The notes under the pieces are model-generated. The model was not told the DNA's origin. It was given only the letters and a program-made list of their open reading frames with translations, and did no database searches. A program made the translations under genes and the position numbers. Of a stretch of DNA of 64,000 bases, positions 25,281-37,792 are shown piece after piece. Numbering within the stretch: the first letter of the stretch is position 1; each line of letters starts with the position of its first letter. Origin of the DNA: Octopus sinensis (Eukaryota); assembly GCF_006345805.1 (NCBI RefSeq), contig NC_043007.1:35898001-35962000 (forward strand), given 5' to 3'.

Positions 25281-25342
25281 ATGTCAAATTTATTCTTATT
25301 CATCTTTGCCGGCCTGGTTCTTACAAGGAATTCCTTAACAAG
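25281..25342 (+). CDS. Candidate first coding exon (signal peptide) of the EGF-domain gene
   Basis: MSNLFLFIFAGLVLTRNSLT+AG|GTTTGA. Upstream acceptor CTTTCTAG (25244-45). Phase 2 end joins exon 37793 in frame. The donor is weak and the intron is 12.4 kb. Confidence 0.5.
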
Positions 25343-25382
25343 GTTTGATGCTTATAATTATTATTTGTTTTGCTTCTTGTGG

Positions 25383-25790
25383 TAATTATTATTATCATTA
25401 TTATTATTCTTTTAACTCAGGTTTCATTGAAAATCCTGGACTCTTGCATGTGTAGCGGGCTGCTATGTGCAGCCTAGGATACCATGCTATCTGTTCTTTT
25501 CAGCTAATACTTTCCTGATGATTCTGGCTATGCCAAAGAGGCAAACCATTTGTAATAAACCTACTGAGCACTCTATTCTGATTTCCTTTATATTCCTTTC
25601 AATGCCTTCTGATACTGTCCACAACGACCCAACAGCAATTGACACTATCTTCACCTTCTTCATTTTCCATAGTTGGGCTATTTCATATTTAACAGGGTTA
25701 TATATGTCTATTTTTTTCACCTTCTTTCTTGACTATTTGTGGGTTAAAGGAGCAGGGGCATGCAACATCACTTATATAGCATTATTTGTC
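25383..25790 (-). mobile_element. R4/Dong-like non-LTR retrotransposon 3' fragment (restriction-like endonuclease)
   Basis: ISDVACP..., EIAQLWKMKKVKIVSIAVGSLWTV..., LFGIARIIRKVL, then a (TAA)n tail. Confidence 0.75.
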
Positions 25791-25794
25791 ATTA

Positions 25795-26010
25795 AAGCAG
25801 TGAGCTGGCAGACTTGTTAGCATGCTGGGCAAAATGCTTAGCAGCATTTCGTGTGTTCTTATGTTCTGAGTTGAGTTCAAATTCTGCTGAGACTGACTTT
25901 GCCTTTTATCCTTTCGGGGTCAATAAAGAAAGTACCAGTTGTGTACTGTGGTTGATGTAATTAACTATCCCTTCCACCAAATTTCAGGCCTTGTACCTAT
26001 AGTAGAAAGA

Positions 26011-26068
<58 letters not shown>

Positions 26069-26280
26069 GGGTGGTGAGCTGGCAGAGTTGTTAGCATGCC
26101 GGGTGAAATGCTTAGCGGTATTTCATCTGTTGTTACATTCTGAGTTCAAATTCCGCTAAGGTTGACTTTGCCTTTCATCCTTTCAGAGTTGATAAAATAA
26201 GCACCTGTTGGACATTGGGGTCAATGTGATCTACTCATTCCCACTGCCAAAATTACAGCCACTGTGACAAAATTTGAAAC
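25795..26280 (+). mobile_element. Two family B-type SINEs separated by (ATT)n
   Basis: GTGAGCTGGCAGA heads at ~25800 and ~26072. Confidence 0.75.
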
Positions 26281-26321
<41 letters not shown>

Positions 26322-26323
<2 letters not shown>

Positions 26324-26340
26324 GAGTGAGAGAGCAGTGC

Positions 26341-26407
<67 letters not shown>

Positions 26408-26868
26408 CATTATTATTATTATTATTCTTATTGAGTGAGAGAGCAGTGGGGTAAAATATACGATGCCCAGTATACTCATCATGACTATCCGTCTGATAAG
26501 GGTATATCAGGCACATGCATCACAACCATATGTGCATGACATAGTGATCTCATATCAAGATAAACAGCACATGACCTTGCAGGTGGGGCCCAGTTAGAAT
26601 TTTCTTCTGGTCAAGTAGCTCATCCCGCTTAAAAGGTCCCTGAATAAGGATTGCTTAAGGATGTTGAACAAATTACCCGTGTTTCCAAAGGTGAATTATC
26701 CAAACCTCTAAGAATTCCTTTCAACACACGGCTATGATGGTCCCCCACTACTTCTGCTTATGATCAGAGATGCACATATCGTCAACCACTAAGGGACATG
26801 GTCAACTGGTTATGGTCAAACAACTGACAAGCAAACCTGTGGTATTGAGCAGAATATTTGATGTAGCC

Positions 26869-26870
<2 letters not shown>
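26322..26870 (-). mobile_element. Family D retroposon-like repeat
   Basis: Homologous to 18842-19915. Confidence 0.75.
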
Positions 26871-26943
<73 letters not shown>

Positions 26944-27025
26944 CATCATCATTATTATCATTATTATTATTATCATCATCATTATTATTATTATTTTATT
27001 ATTATTATCATTATTATTATTATTA

Positions 27026-27237
27026 GGGTGGTGAGCTGGCAGAGTTGTTAGCATGCCGGGTGAAATGCTTAGCGGTATTTCATCTGTTGTTACATTCTGA
27101 GTTCAAATTCCGCTAAGGTTGACTTTGCCTTTCATCCTTTCGGGTCAATAAATTAAGTATCAGTGAACACTAGGGTCAACGTAATCGACTAGTCCCCTCC
27201 CCACAAATTTCAGGGTTTTTGCCTTTAATAGAAAGTA

Positions 27238-27284
<47 letters not shown>

Positions 27285-27789
27285 GGCAATGAGCTGGCAG
27301 AATCCTTAGCATGTATTTCACTCATTGCTAAATTCTGAGTTCAAATTCTCCCGAGTCCACTTTGCCTTTCATCCTTTCAGAGTCGATAAAATGAGTACCA
27401 CTTGAGTGCTGGGGTCGATGTTATCAACTATTCCTTACCCCCAAATTTCAAGCCTTGTGCCTAAAACAGAAAGGATTATTATTATCATATTATTATTATT
27501 ATTATCATCATCATTATTATCATTATTATTATTATCATCATCATTATTATTATTATTGTTATTGTTATCATTATTAAGGCTGTGAGCTGGCAGAATAATT
27601 AGCATGCCAGGCAAAATGCTTATCAGTATTTCATCTGTCCTTACATTCTGATTTCAAATTTTGTTGAGGTCGACTTTGCCTTTCATCCTTTCGGGTCAAT
27701 AAATTAAGTATCAGTGAAACACTAGGGTCAACGTAATCGACTAGTCCCCTCCCCACAAATTTCAGGGTTTTTGCCTTTAATAGAAAGTA

Positions 27790-27836
<47 letters not shown>

Positions 27837-28030
27837 GGCAATGAGCTGGCAGAATCCTTAGCATGTATTTCACTCATTGCTAAATTCTGAGTTCAAATTC
27901 TCCCGAGGTCCACTTTGCCTTTCATCCTTTCAGAGTCGATAAAATGAGTACCACTTGAGTGCTGGGGTCGATGTTATCAACTATTCCTTACCCCCAAATT
28001 TCAAGCCTTGTGCCTAAAACAGAAAGGATT
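27026..28030 (+). repeat. Array of family B-type SINEs and (ATT)n with a near-identical ~550-bp duplication
   Basis: 27121-27480 is nearly identical to 27672-28030; 27026-27140 is identical to 26068-26182. Confidence 0.8.
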
Positions 28031-28289
28031 ATTATTATCATTATTGTTGTTGTTATTTATAGTCAACTGGGGGCAATGTGATCAACTAAAAATCTTTGAA
28101 GGTGTGCCCCAGCATGGCCATGGTGTAATGACAGAATAGCAAAATAACAGAATAATGCTACAAATAATAACAATATTATTTCTGACAGTACATAACTGTC
28201 AATCTGTCAGTGATTTTGGTGTAGCTCAGATGTTGTTGTTGTTGTTATTGTTACTGATGTTGTTACTGTTAAGTTTGGCTATGTTCATT

Positions 28290-28475
28290 TACGTGTGTGT
28301 GTGTGTGTGAATTTATGAGAATGTGTTTGTGTGACTTATGTATGTGCATATGTGTATATGTGTGTGCATGTGTGTGAGAGAGAATTTGTATGTGTTTGGG
28401 TAATTTTTGTATGTGTTTGTGTGTGTCTGTGAGAATCTGTATGCGTTGGTGTGATTTGTGTGTGCATGTGTATGT

Positions 28476-28506
<31 letters not shown>

Positions 28507-28960
28507 AATTTATGAGTTTGTATGATTTGTGTATGTGCATATGTGTGTGTATGTGTGTGCATGTGTGTGTAAGAGAATTTGTGAGTATGCATTTGGGTGA
28601 ATATGTGTGTGTATGTGTATGTGTGTGTGTTTGAATAAGTGTGAGTTTATTTGTGGCAGTGTGTGTATTCATGTGTATGTCTGTAAGCGAGCATACATTT
28701 GTGTATGTTTGTGTGCTGTGGCCTTATGTTTGTAAATGTGTAAGTCTGTGCATATGTGTGTATGTCTGTATGTGCACCCGTTTTAATACACATATATGTA
28801 TTTGTGTCTGCATATATATGTATCTGTATGCATGAGTCTCCTGTATATGTGTGCTTGTGTGTATGTGTGGTTGTCTAGTGTGTGTGTGTGTCTATATTTT
28901 CTGCGCATGCATATCAGTATATGTATGTGGATGAGTACTTGTGTATGTTTCAATGTGCAT
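28290..28960. repeat. Degenerate (TG)n/(TATG)n low-complexity tract
   Basis: Read directly. Confidence 0.9.
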
Positions 28961-29166
28961 ACATCTCTAAGACTTCTGTATGTTTATGAGATGTCACTGA
29001 ACGTTGTTATTGTACTTTAACAATTTACACATTCTTTTGACTATAACAATAAACTCTGACATGGACACAAGGCCAAACATTCTGTAGGGAAGGAGGGGTA
29101 TGGCTGATTAAACTGAATCAGCCAGTATTTATTTGATTGGTCCCTAACCCCACCTGCTGGAAGCTA

Positions 29167-30243
29167 ATTTTTTTTTTCCCACGAGGGTTCCGGACCCCAG
29201 TAATGAACTCATTTGCATACAGCCAATCAGAGCTCACCTTGATAATCCACATAGTGTGTACTACTGCAGTACAACCAGCCAGGCATAGAAACGTGTATGC
29301 CACTCTGTGAGTACAGCATAGCAGGTTTCACGTAAGAACCACATACCCCCTTTCCCCACCCCCACACCATCCTCATAGATAAATTGAGCATCATCTCTAT
29401 ATGGAGACTAGCAGTATCGCCCAGCGTTGCTCGGGTTTGTTTCGACCCTTTAGAATTGGAATTCTTGGAAAGTAAAAATTTTGCATTATGTAGCTTGTTA
29501 TTCTCTTTAAGTGAACATTTTTCTGGTTGAAATACACCGCAAAATGGTGACACAACAGTAAAAAAATATGGTAAAAAGTAGGGATTTTCATAGAAAAAAA
29601 AAGCACCTTTTTGATGTAAATAATTTTTGGTGTTAACATGGTCCGATTTGAATTTTTCCTTCTACGGAAGGAAGAGCAAGCCTTCTTCTATCATACTCTC
29701 AATTTTGGTCAACTTGCACTGCAGGGTCTCAGAGGAGATGGTGTTAGTTGAAGGCTACCAAACCTGCCATACACAGACAACTTCAGTTTCATATATATAG
29801 AGACAACATTAGGTACCTATGCTCAGACTGAGATTGGTGATACTGCATGTACCCATTGATATATACAAGGGGGACACAAAACACTATATTGATTACGATG
29901 TTTCCAGATCACCACCAACATTTTAAATTAGGAATGTACAAAATCAATAAAAAAAATTAGGAAACTACACTCATTTACATTTTCTAGTAAATTACTCAAA
30001 TTGGCATCACTTATGGCATCATCAGTGAGCAGCTCTCCATTCGCTTTATACACTAAATTTCATATTTGTCACACCTGTTAAGCCATTTAGAAAAGTTAGA
30101 TTTTACTATATCACACATTTTCCACTGAACTCAACCAGAGTACTTTCGTGACTAGGTGGACACTAGTTTGATAGTTGAGCTCTGATTGGCTGTATGCAAA
30201 TGAGTTCCTAACCAGGGTCCGGAACTCTAGTGGGAAAAAAATT
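29167..30243. mobile_element. Element bounded by ~70-bp inverted repeats (putative non-autonomous DNA transposon)
   Basis: 29167-29236 is the inverted complement of 30176-30243. Each arm carries ATTTGCAT and CCAAT. Confidence 0.65.
29407..29802 (+). mobile_element. Helitron-like repeat family H, complete copy
   Basis: Starts ACTAGCAGTATCGCCCAGCGTTGCTCGGG and ends TTCAGTTTCATATATATAGAG. No TSD. Confidence 0.7.
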
Positions 30244-30607
30244 TCACCCTGCCCAGAAGGGTGTTTGTTTGTTTAAGGCGTGTTTTATCCATACTAGCAT
30301 GGCTTTGGATATGAAGTGGCTAGAATCATGATTTATAACAACTGGATGCTCTCCCAGCCATCAACCCTTAATTGCTTGTGAGTAAGGGTTTTTTTGTTTG
30401 TTTATTTGTTTTTAACTTGTTTGTGAAGTCTCTGCAAGACCTGAGGAATTGATGATAATGTTGAAAAAGGATTCTTGAAATCGCTACTGCTTTGTTCAAG
30501 TGTGAAATATCCACATTTATGGACATTCACCTACACATACAAATGCACATTCACACATGTGCCTACACACACACACATACACATATGGATATACATACAT
30601 ACATACA

Positions 30608-30638
<31 letters not shown>

Positions 30639-30659
30639 GTGTATATGTGTGTGTGTGTT

Positions 30660-30719
<60 letters not shown>

Positions 30720-30722
30720 TAT

Positions 30723-30938
30723 CATTGCTTTTCAACCTTTTTGCTGGAGCAGAACCCCAAAGAAACATTCCACTGGCTCGAGGAACCTGTGTGCAGTAAT
30801 TTAATAGTTTTATGCACACATATCTGCACAGGAGAATTAAAAATTACTGCCGATTTTAGCAGTTTTGTAACTTCTTACGGAACCCCTAGACTGTACCGGC
30901 GGAACCCTAAGGTTCCGTGGAACTTTGGTTGAAAACCA

Positions 30939-30941
<3 letters not shown>
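30723..30941. mobile_element. hAT/Charlie-like MITE (219 bp)
   Basis: TIRs CATTGCTTTTCAACC / GGTTGAAAACCACTG; flanked by ATATATAT on both sides within a (TA)n tract. Confidence 0.8.
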
Positions 30942-30978
<37 letters not shown>

Positions 30979-30984
30979 TACATT

Positions 30985-31021
<37 letters not shown>

Positions 31022-31049
31022 TTATGTGTGTGTGTATATATATATATAG

Positions 31050-31065
31050 AGAGAGATAGATAGAC

Positions 31066-31148
<83 letters not shown>
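31050..31148. repeat. (GATA)n microsatellite
   Basis: Read directly. Confidence 0.95.
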
Positions 31149-31149
<1 letters not shown>

Positions 31150-31711
31150 TTTGTATATTAATGTGTGTGTGTGTGTGTGTGTTCATATGCATATACTTAT
31201 TCTTTTAATCATCTACTTGGTTCAGTTGTTAGATTGTGGCACCACCTTGAAATTTTTTTAGTTGAAAGTATGGATCAGAGTTCTTATTGTAAAGTCTGGT
31301 ACTTACTCTACTGGTCACTTTTGCCAAAGTTACTGTGACAAACACACCAATACCAGTTGTTATATATATTATATATATATATATATACATATATATACGA
31401 CCTCGAACCCACAAGAGTAAACAAGAGAGACAGAGACAGGCAGAAACAAAGAAAATGCCACTTGTATTTGAACACTATACAAATATTCTTTTAAAAAAAC
31501 TTTTCTTTTAATTTTTCTAAATTTAATTATTTAATTGTTACATTTGAAAAGGTCTCAATGACTGAAACCGGTACTGAAATGTTCTTTATAAAATTATTTT
31601 AGCATTTTCTATCCTGAATTGTTTTTTCATATATAAGATCGATATTTAAATATCGATCTTTATCAAGTGGCTAGCATGGGAATAAAAACCTTTTAAAGGT
31701 AATAATTATTC

Positions 31712-31865
31712 AAAATTATAATTTAGGGTATCTGAGAGATACCACCACACTGAAAATAGCAGTCAAAACCTGACTCTAAAGCCACATTAATGTGGCGTTA
31801 GAGACAGGTTTTGACAGCTATTTTCAGCATAGTGGTATCTCTCAGATACCCTAAATTATAATTTT
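31712..31865. repeat. 154-bp near-perfect palindrome made of two family F ends
   Basis: Centre GCCACATT|AATGTGGC at 31788/31789; arms symmetric to 31712 and 31865. Confidence 0.92.
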
Positions 31866-31880
31866 ATATATATTTTTATA

Positions 31881-31925
<45 letters not shown>

Positions 31926-32471
31926 TATATTATATATATATATATATAAATATATATAATTGGCTTATTTCACTTTCCATCTACCAAATACACTAACAAG
32001 GCTTTGGTTGACCCAAGGCTACAGTGAAAAACGCTTGCCAAAGGTGCTTTGCAGTGGGACTGAACCCTGAATCATGTGGTTGGGAAGCTGTGGCTTGCTT
32101 GTGTAGCTAATAGGGTGGCATCATTTGAAAGCTAAAGCAATGTGAAGCGCATTGTGATCAGCAATGTGTAACAACATCTAATAGACTGGTCAATACCATG
32201 ATATTATATATATGTACATAAAACATAGCAGACACACAGGTGTGCGTGGGTGTGTACGTGTGTTTGTGTGTACACGTGTGTGTGCACCCCATGCGTAGTG
32301 ATATATATATATAAAAATGTAGTCCTACTTTTGGCAATACCACATACCTTTTCATAATAATTTGTAAGTTTATTAAAGCAATAATTTTTATCATCTGTTA
32401 CACACAAACAAACAAGCTCACAAATATATACTTGTGTGTGTGTGTGTGTGTTGTGTGTGTGTGTGTGCATC

Positions 32472-32507
<36 letters not shown>

Positions 32508-33074
32508 ATATGTATGTATAAATATGTGTGTGTGTGTGTGTGTCTATAATCGCACGCACGCGCGTCATGTAACACTACGTTATATTAGCGTGGAATCCTA
32601 TGAAACCGGTGGCGGTTTTAAAAGGTTAATAAATTTGTTTGCTCTGAAAGAAGAAAAATACATGACATTTAATCCTAAAATATCACAAGAGGAATTAAAA
32701 ACCAATTTTTTTCAAGGAAATCCATTCATGTTTGTACCAGTACAAGTTGTCTCCCCTCCACGCATCTCCCTCTCAACTTTTCGTCAAGAAATTTTGCTTT
32801 GCCACTGAAACTTGTTAAATAGATTTCCTTGATTTCACTGTGTTAGGCAATCGCTATAGTGTTTTATCGGAATTTCTGAGACTGACACAAATTGTAAGTG
32901 TTGGATAATTTTGTGTGTTCATCCTAGGTTGGTCCGTCAGAATTATCTTCTCCTTATCTATGTATTTATATATATTTATATATTTATCTTAATTTTCAAT
33001 TGCGCGCATGTATGCCGTGGCGGAACTCCACTAATCATAGAGGTGCTTGATTAGGCCCTGACTTGTATTTAACT

Positions 33075-33312
33075 ATACGCGGTGCCTCGAATCATCGTTC
33101 CCGGGTCGGGTCCGTGCGTTCGCGACTGCGTTTGCGCGCGTCGTCGCGTTCCCGCTCCGACTCAGGTGTAGCAGACGGCCGGGGACCCGAAAGATGGCGA
33201 TCCACGCCCGGTCGGGACGAAGCCAGAGGAACTCTGGTGGAAGTCCGAAGCGCCTCTGACGTACAAATCGATCGTCGGAACTGGGTGTAGGGGCGAAAGA
33301 CCAATTGAGACG

Positions 33313-33344
<32 letters not shown>

Positions 33345-33475
33345 GGGATAGCTGGTGCCAGCAGGAGAACGACACGCAATTCCGTCCGGTAAAGCGAACG
33401 ACTGGAGGCCCCGGGGAAGTTGACGGCCTCGATCTACTCTCGAACTCGGAACGGGCGAAACGGGCCGCTCCTCTC
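33075..33475 (+). rRNA. 28S rRNA: Orphan 28S (LSU) rRNA fragment, probably a pseudogene
   Basis: GACCCGAAAGATGG, GAAGCCAGAGGAACTCTGGTGGA, AGGGGCGAAAGAC, CTAGTAGCTGGTTCCCTCCGAAGTTTCCCTC.GGATAGCTGG and CCGGTAAAGCGAA occur in canonical LSU order. No other rDNA nearby. Confidence 0.92.
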
Positions 33476-34167
33476 CCGATCGGAGACTGCCGTATATCGC
33501 AGCCATTGCGACGCGACGAATGCACTTCACTTGCATGAAATAACAGCCAAATTTTCTTTAAAAATCGTTCATACTTTTACTTTTTTTGAAAAGGAAAGAC
33601 ACATATAGTCTTGTGTACGTTGTGCTTGAATAAATATATAAACAAAAACACTAAAGTGGTCAAGACTGGATTAGAGAAGTATTAAGGCTAACTTAGGAGT
33701 GGATTCACCTACTAATCCATTAGCACCAAATGATCTTGTTACAATTGTTATTGTTTAGCCTCAAGCTATCCACGACCAGATTATCTCGTGTCCTTTTTAA
33801 TATTTTGAAGTCAGTAGTGTTGTGAGATTTGAGGAACAAATTGGCTGTTATTTCCAGCAAGTTGACTGACCATGTAGGGGTTCCCTCATTGACTCATAAC
33901 TGGCATTGTTTTTAAACATTACATTCAACATTACTCGGTTTCTGTCTGTCTGTTTGTCAATCTGTCTGTCTGTCTGTATGTATGTATTATGTATGTATGT
34001 ATGTATGTATGTATGTATGTATATGTATGTATGTATGCGTGTGTGTGTGTGTGTATGCATGCATGTATGTATGAGTATGTACGAGGTCAGATCAATAAAT
34101 ATCCGGACTGTTCAAGGATGTATGCATGCATTTTTTTGGAAGTAAACAGTTTTCTGTATCAAGAGTT

Positions 34168-36935
34168 GATGAACAATTCCATATGAGTAGGGAAACTAAC
34201 CTTTATTTTAATTTTTTTTTTTTTAAAAAAACGTCACCCCCCAACTGAAGAAATCTAACATCACTTTTGACCCAAATCATGCAAAATTCTAGCGGGGTTC
34301 ATAATGCCTACTCGAGTTTTTACCAAACTTAGTGTGCTGACTTAATGCAATGCAGAAGCAATATATCTGAAATTTCAGCTTTTAAGTTTTTAATTTGTTA
34401 CCATTTAGGCCCTACTTTAGGAAATATCCTCTTCCTCTCCTTTTTATTTCTGTGATGCTAAAAACTCTGACTATATTAACTGTTTTTCAGAATAGTAGGC
34501 TTATCCAACTAGAGTATCTAAAATATTGTTTCATAAGAGAAATGCTTGTGTCACTCAAAGAAACAAAAAAATCTGGATGAAGAATCTTGTGCAATTTCAA
34601 AACTCACATAGGAAAAGAAGACCTGTTCCTCTAGAAGAGCATTCTTTGGAAAACAACTGCAATGAAACTTCAAATTGTTGGTCGCTTCCTGTTCCTTGGA
34701 GGTATCATCAAAGGAAAGAAAGAACAAAAGAACTTTCGAAAGAAGTAACTTTTTATGGTAAAAGAAATTAAATTTCCCATATTTATCGATTCAAAATGTA
34801 CAAGCAAGAGTGGATGTGCTGAATATTTACAATAAATGTGTAAAACGAGGAAAATACGATTCATTGAAAGGAATTTTCGACATCACAAAGGAAATTGGTG
34901 AATGGCTGTGCAATGAAGATAGAACGTTATATTATTTTCAAATTGAAAACAAGGGACATGTTGGGTATGCAACTGGAAAGGCAGCCAATTGCAAAACTAT
35001 CCATCCATCCAAAAGAAGAAAAGTGACCTTAATTCCAACTTCAACCAGAATAATTTCAGTGTCATCACCAACATCTGAAGAAGAGACTGAAAATGAATAT
35101 CAAGAGTCCGAAAAATCAGATGAAGAATCCGCATAAGTATAGCAAAACTGGAACTGCAACCAAGTTTGTAATATCTTCCAAGCTATCAGCCCAAAAAGCA
35201 ATAACAGTTTGTCAACAATTATCTCAAGATTGAATCAATTTCGAGACTCTTTCCCAATCTGGTAATTACAGACAGGCTATTAAAGAAGCTGTTAAACTAA
35301 AAGAGAAAGTGAAGAAAACACTACATTTAGAAAACTGGTCATTGCAGTTTGATGGTAAACATATTGATGACCAAGAATACCAAGTGCTAGTTTTAAAGAA
35401 TGAACAATGAGAAGTTAAGTTAGAAGTACTCCAATTACCAAAGGGAAAAGCCGATACTGTTGTGAAAGGAATAACAGCTGTTTTAGATGAATACAATTTA
35501 TGGAACTGTGTAAAGATGAGTGCCATTGATATGAGTGTGAACACTGGTAAAAGAAATGACATATCCTTGATAGAGTTCTTCACATTGTAATGGAAAACGA
35601 ACTTGGAGGAAAAAAGTCATCTCCCAATATTGAATATACATTAATCCCAGAGCTTCTATGTAATTATGAGAAACTCCAAGCTAATTTCAACAATGGGGAA
35701 GAAAAGATTGCTGAATCAGCAGGGTGGTGAGATGACATGAAATTTCTATTTCATTTGACCAGAGTTTTTCGTTACTTTGAAGAAACCAGAAAATTTCCTA
35801 CTGTAAAGTTTCAAAAAATACTCAACTTAAGTAATGCAAGATGGAATTCTCGAGCAATACTAACTCTTTTGGCATTTATTCTTCTACCAGAGGAAAGAGT
35901 TTTGCTTCTCAATGTTTGTTGATTCATCTCTTACAGCTGGGCAGATTTTTGGTTTACTGACCAAATGTTCAATGCACACCATTATCAGAAGTTATGTGGT
36001 AGCCTGCACGTTCATAAAAAAGCATTAAATGCTGTAAAAAAAACTTTTGGCGTCGAGAACCATCAAAACTTGAAATTCCCAGAGCAAATCAGCATGCAGA
36101 ACGGGCAATCAAGTGCCTTCAAGATCTTTATGATGTTTGTAAAAAGAAGGAGAAACTTCAGCTTCGATTTATTTTATCTAACAAAACATATTAATTCTTT
36201 GTTATGTTTAAAAATTTGCTAACATTCAGCACCTTTTTCGTATACAGTTATTTAAAATTGGAATTAAACCTATAAAGTTAAAAATATGCATTGTTTTTAA
36301 TTTTGTATAATATCTATTTCTTTATTGCCCACACGGGGCTAAACATAGCGGGGACAAACAAAGACAAAGGGAATAAGTCGATAACACCAACCTCAGTGTG
36401 TAACTGGTACTTATTTAATCGACCCTGAAAGGATGAAAGGTAAAGTCGACCTTGGCGGAATTTGAACTCAGAACGTAATGGCAGACGAAATACGGCCATG
36501 CAGTTCGCCCCGAATACTTATAGTGGCCTCTGTCTTAAAATAGTCTAGTTTTGAACCTTTGCATAGAGCAATTTCAATTCAGTAATCTTAAAATGTATAA
36601 ATACAAATTTTTTTCCATATCTCTTTTGCGTCTACAAGGATTTAGGCAGCGGAAATACTGAAGTGTGAATCTAGAGCCACCTAGTGATTATAGTTTTAAA
36701 AGCCCATAACTCCAAAAATACTTCAACTAGAAAGCTGAAATTTCATATATACTATTTCTGCATTGCATTAAGTCAGCACACCAAGTCTGGTAAAAACTTG
36801 AGTAGGCATTATGAACTCCACCCCTAGAATTATGCAGGATTTGCGTCAAAAGTGGTGATCGATTTCTTAAGTTTTTTTCAAATAAGGCAAAATAAATGTT
36901 AGTTTCCTGACTTTTATGAAATTATTCATTGAATT
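34168..36935 (+). mobile_element. hAT-like (hATm-type) DNA transposon relic with long imperfect TIRs
   Basis: ~34168-34382 is inverted relative to ~36731-36935. Broken transposase 34526-36200 has LQFDGK, AIDMSVNTGK (DTTSxNTG-like), SNARWNSRA and NQHAERAIK. Confidence 0.75.
36315..36510 (-). mobile_element. SINE family B nested in the hAT-like element
   Basis: Reverse complement of the family B consensus. Confidence 0.8.
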
Positions 36936-36974
36936 ACAGTTTAGGGTTATTAGGTTGTGAAAAAGTCATAACCC

Positions 36975-37752
36975 TAGTTTGCATGCATGCATGCATGCAT
37001 GTATGTATGTATGTATGTATGTATGTATGTATGTGTATGTATGTATGTATGTATGTATGTATGTATGTATGTATGCATGTATGTATGTATGTATGCATGT
37101 ATATAGATGTATGTGATTGTATATATGTATGTATGTGTATTGTGTATGTATGTGTGGATGTATGTATGTATGTATGTATGTATGTATGGATGTATGTATG
37201 TATGCATGTATATATGCAGTATGTATGTGATTGTTCTAGGTTGTGTATGTATGTATGTATGTGGTATGTATGTCAGGCATGCACGTATGCATGTATGTAT
37301 GTATGTATGTACGTATGTATGCATGTATGGATATATGCATGTATGTATGCATGTATATATGATGTGTATGTATGTATGTATGGTATGTATGCATGCATGT
37401 AATGTAGTATGTATGTATGTATGTAGTATGTATGTATGTATGTATGCATGTATATATGCATGTATGTATGTGATTGTATATATGTATGTGTATGTATACA
37501 TGTATGTATGTATGTATGTATGTATGCATGCATGCATGCATGTATGTATGTATGTATGTATGTATGTATGTATGTATGTATGTATGTATGAATGCATGCA
37601 TGCATGTGTATGTATGTATGTATGTATGTATGCATGTATATATGCATGTATGTATGTGATTGTATATATGTATGTGTATGTATGTATGTGTGTATTATGT
37701 ATGTATGTATGTATGTGTGTATGTATATATATATGTATGTATGTATGTATGT
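36975..37752. repeat. Long (TATG)n/(CATG)n satellite
   Basis: Read directly; explains the ORFs at 36929-37775. Confidence 0.95.
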
Positions 37753-37792
37753 TTTTTGCTTTGGCCATTATTTAATTTCTTTCCTTTTACAG

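Noticed and set aside
28190-28290. MLLLLLLLLMLLLLSLAMF signal-peptide look-alike
   Set aside because: Derived from a (GTT)n microsatellite; no credible donor.
34079-34112. TACGAGGTCAGATCAATAAATATCCGGACTG, mariner-TIR-like
   Set aside because: Single short match with no partner or coding remnant.
36929-37775. Long ORFs of 120-264 aa (MYVC/HTYI repeats)
   Set aside because: Pure translations of (TATG)n microsatellite. The same applies to the IY-, CV-, HT-, N- and I-run ORFs throughout the window.
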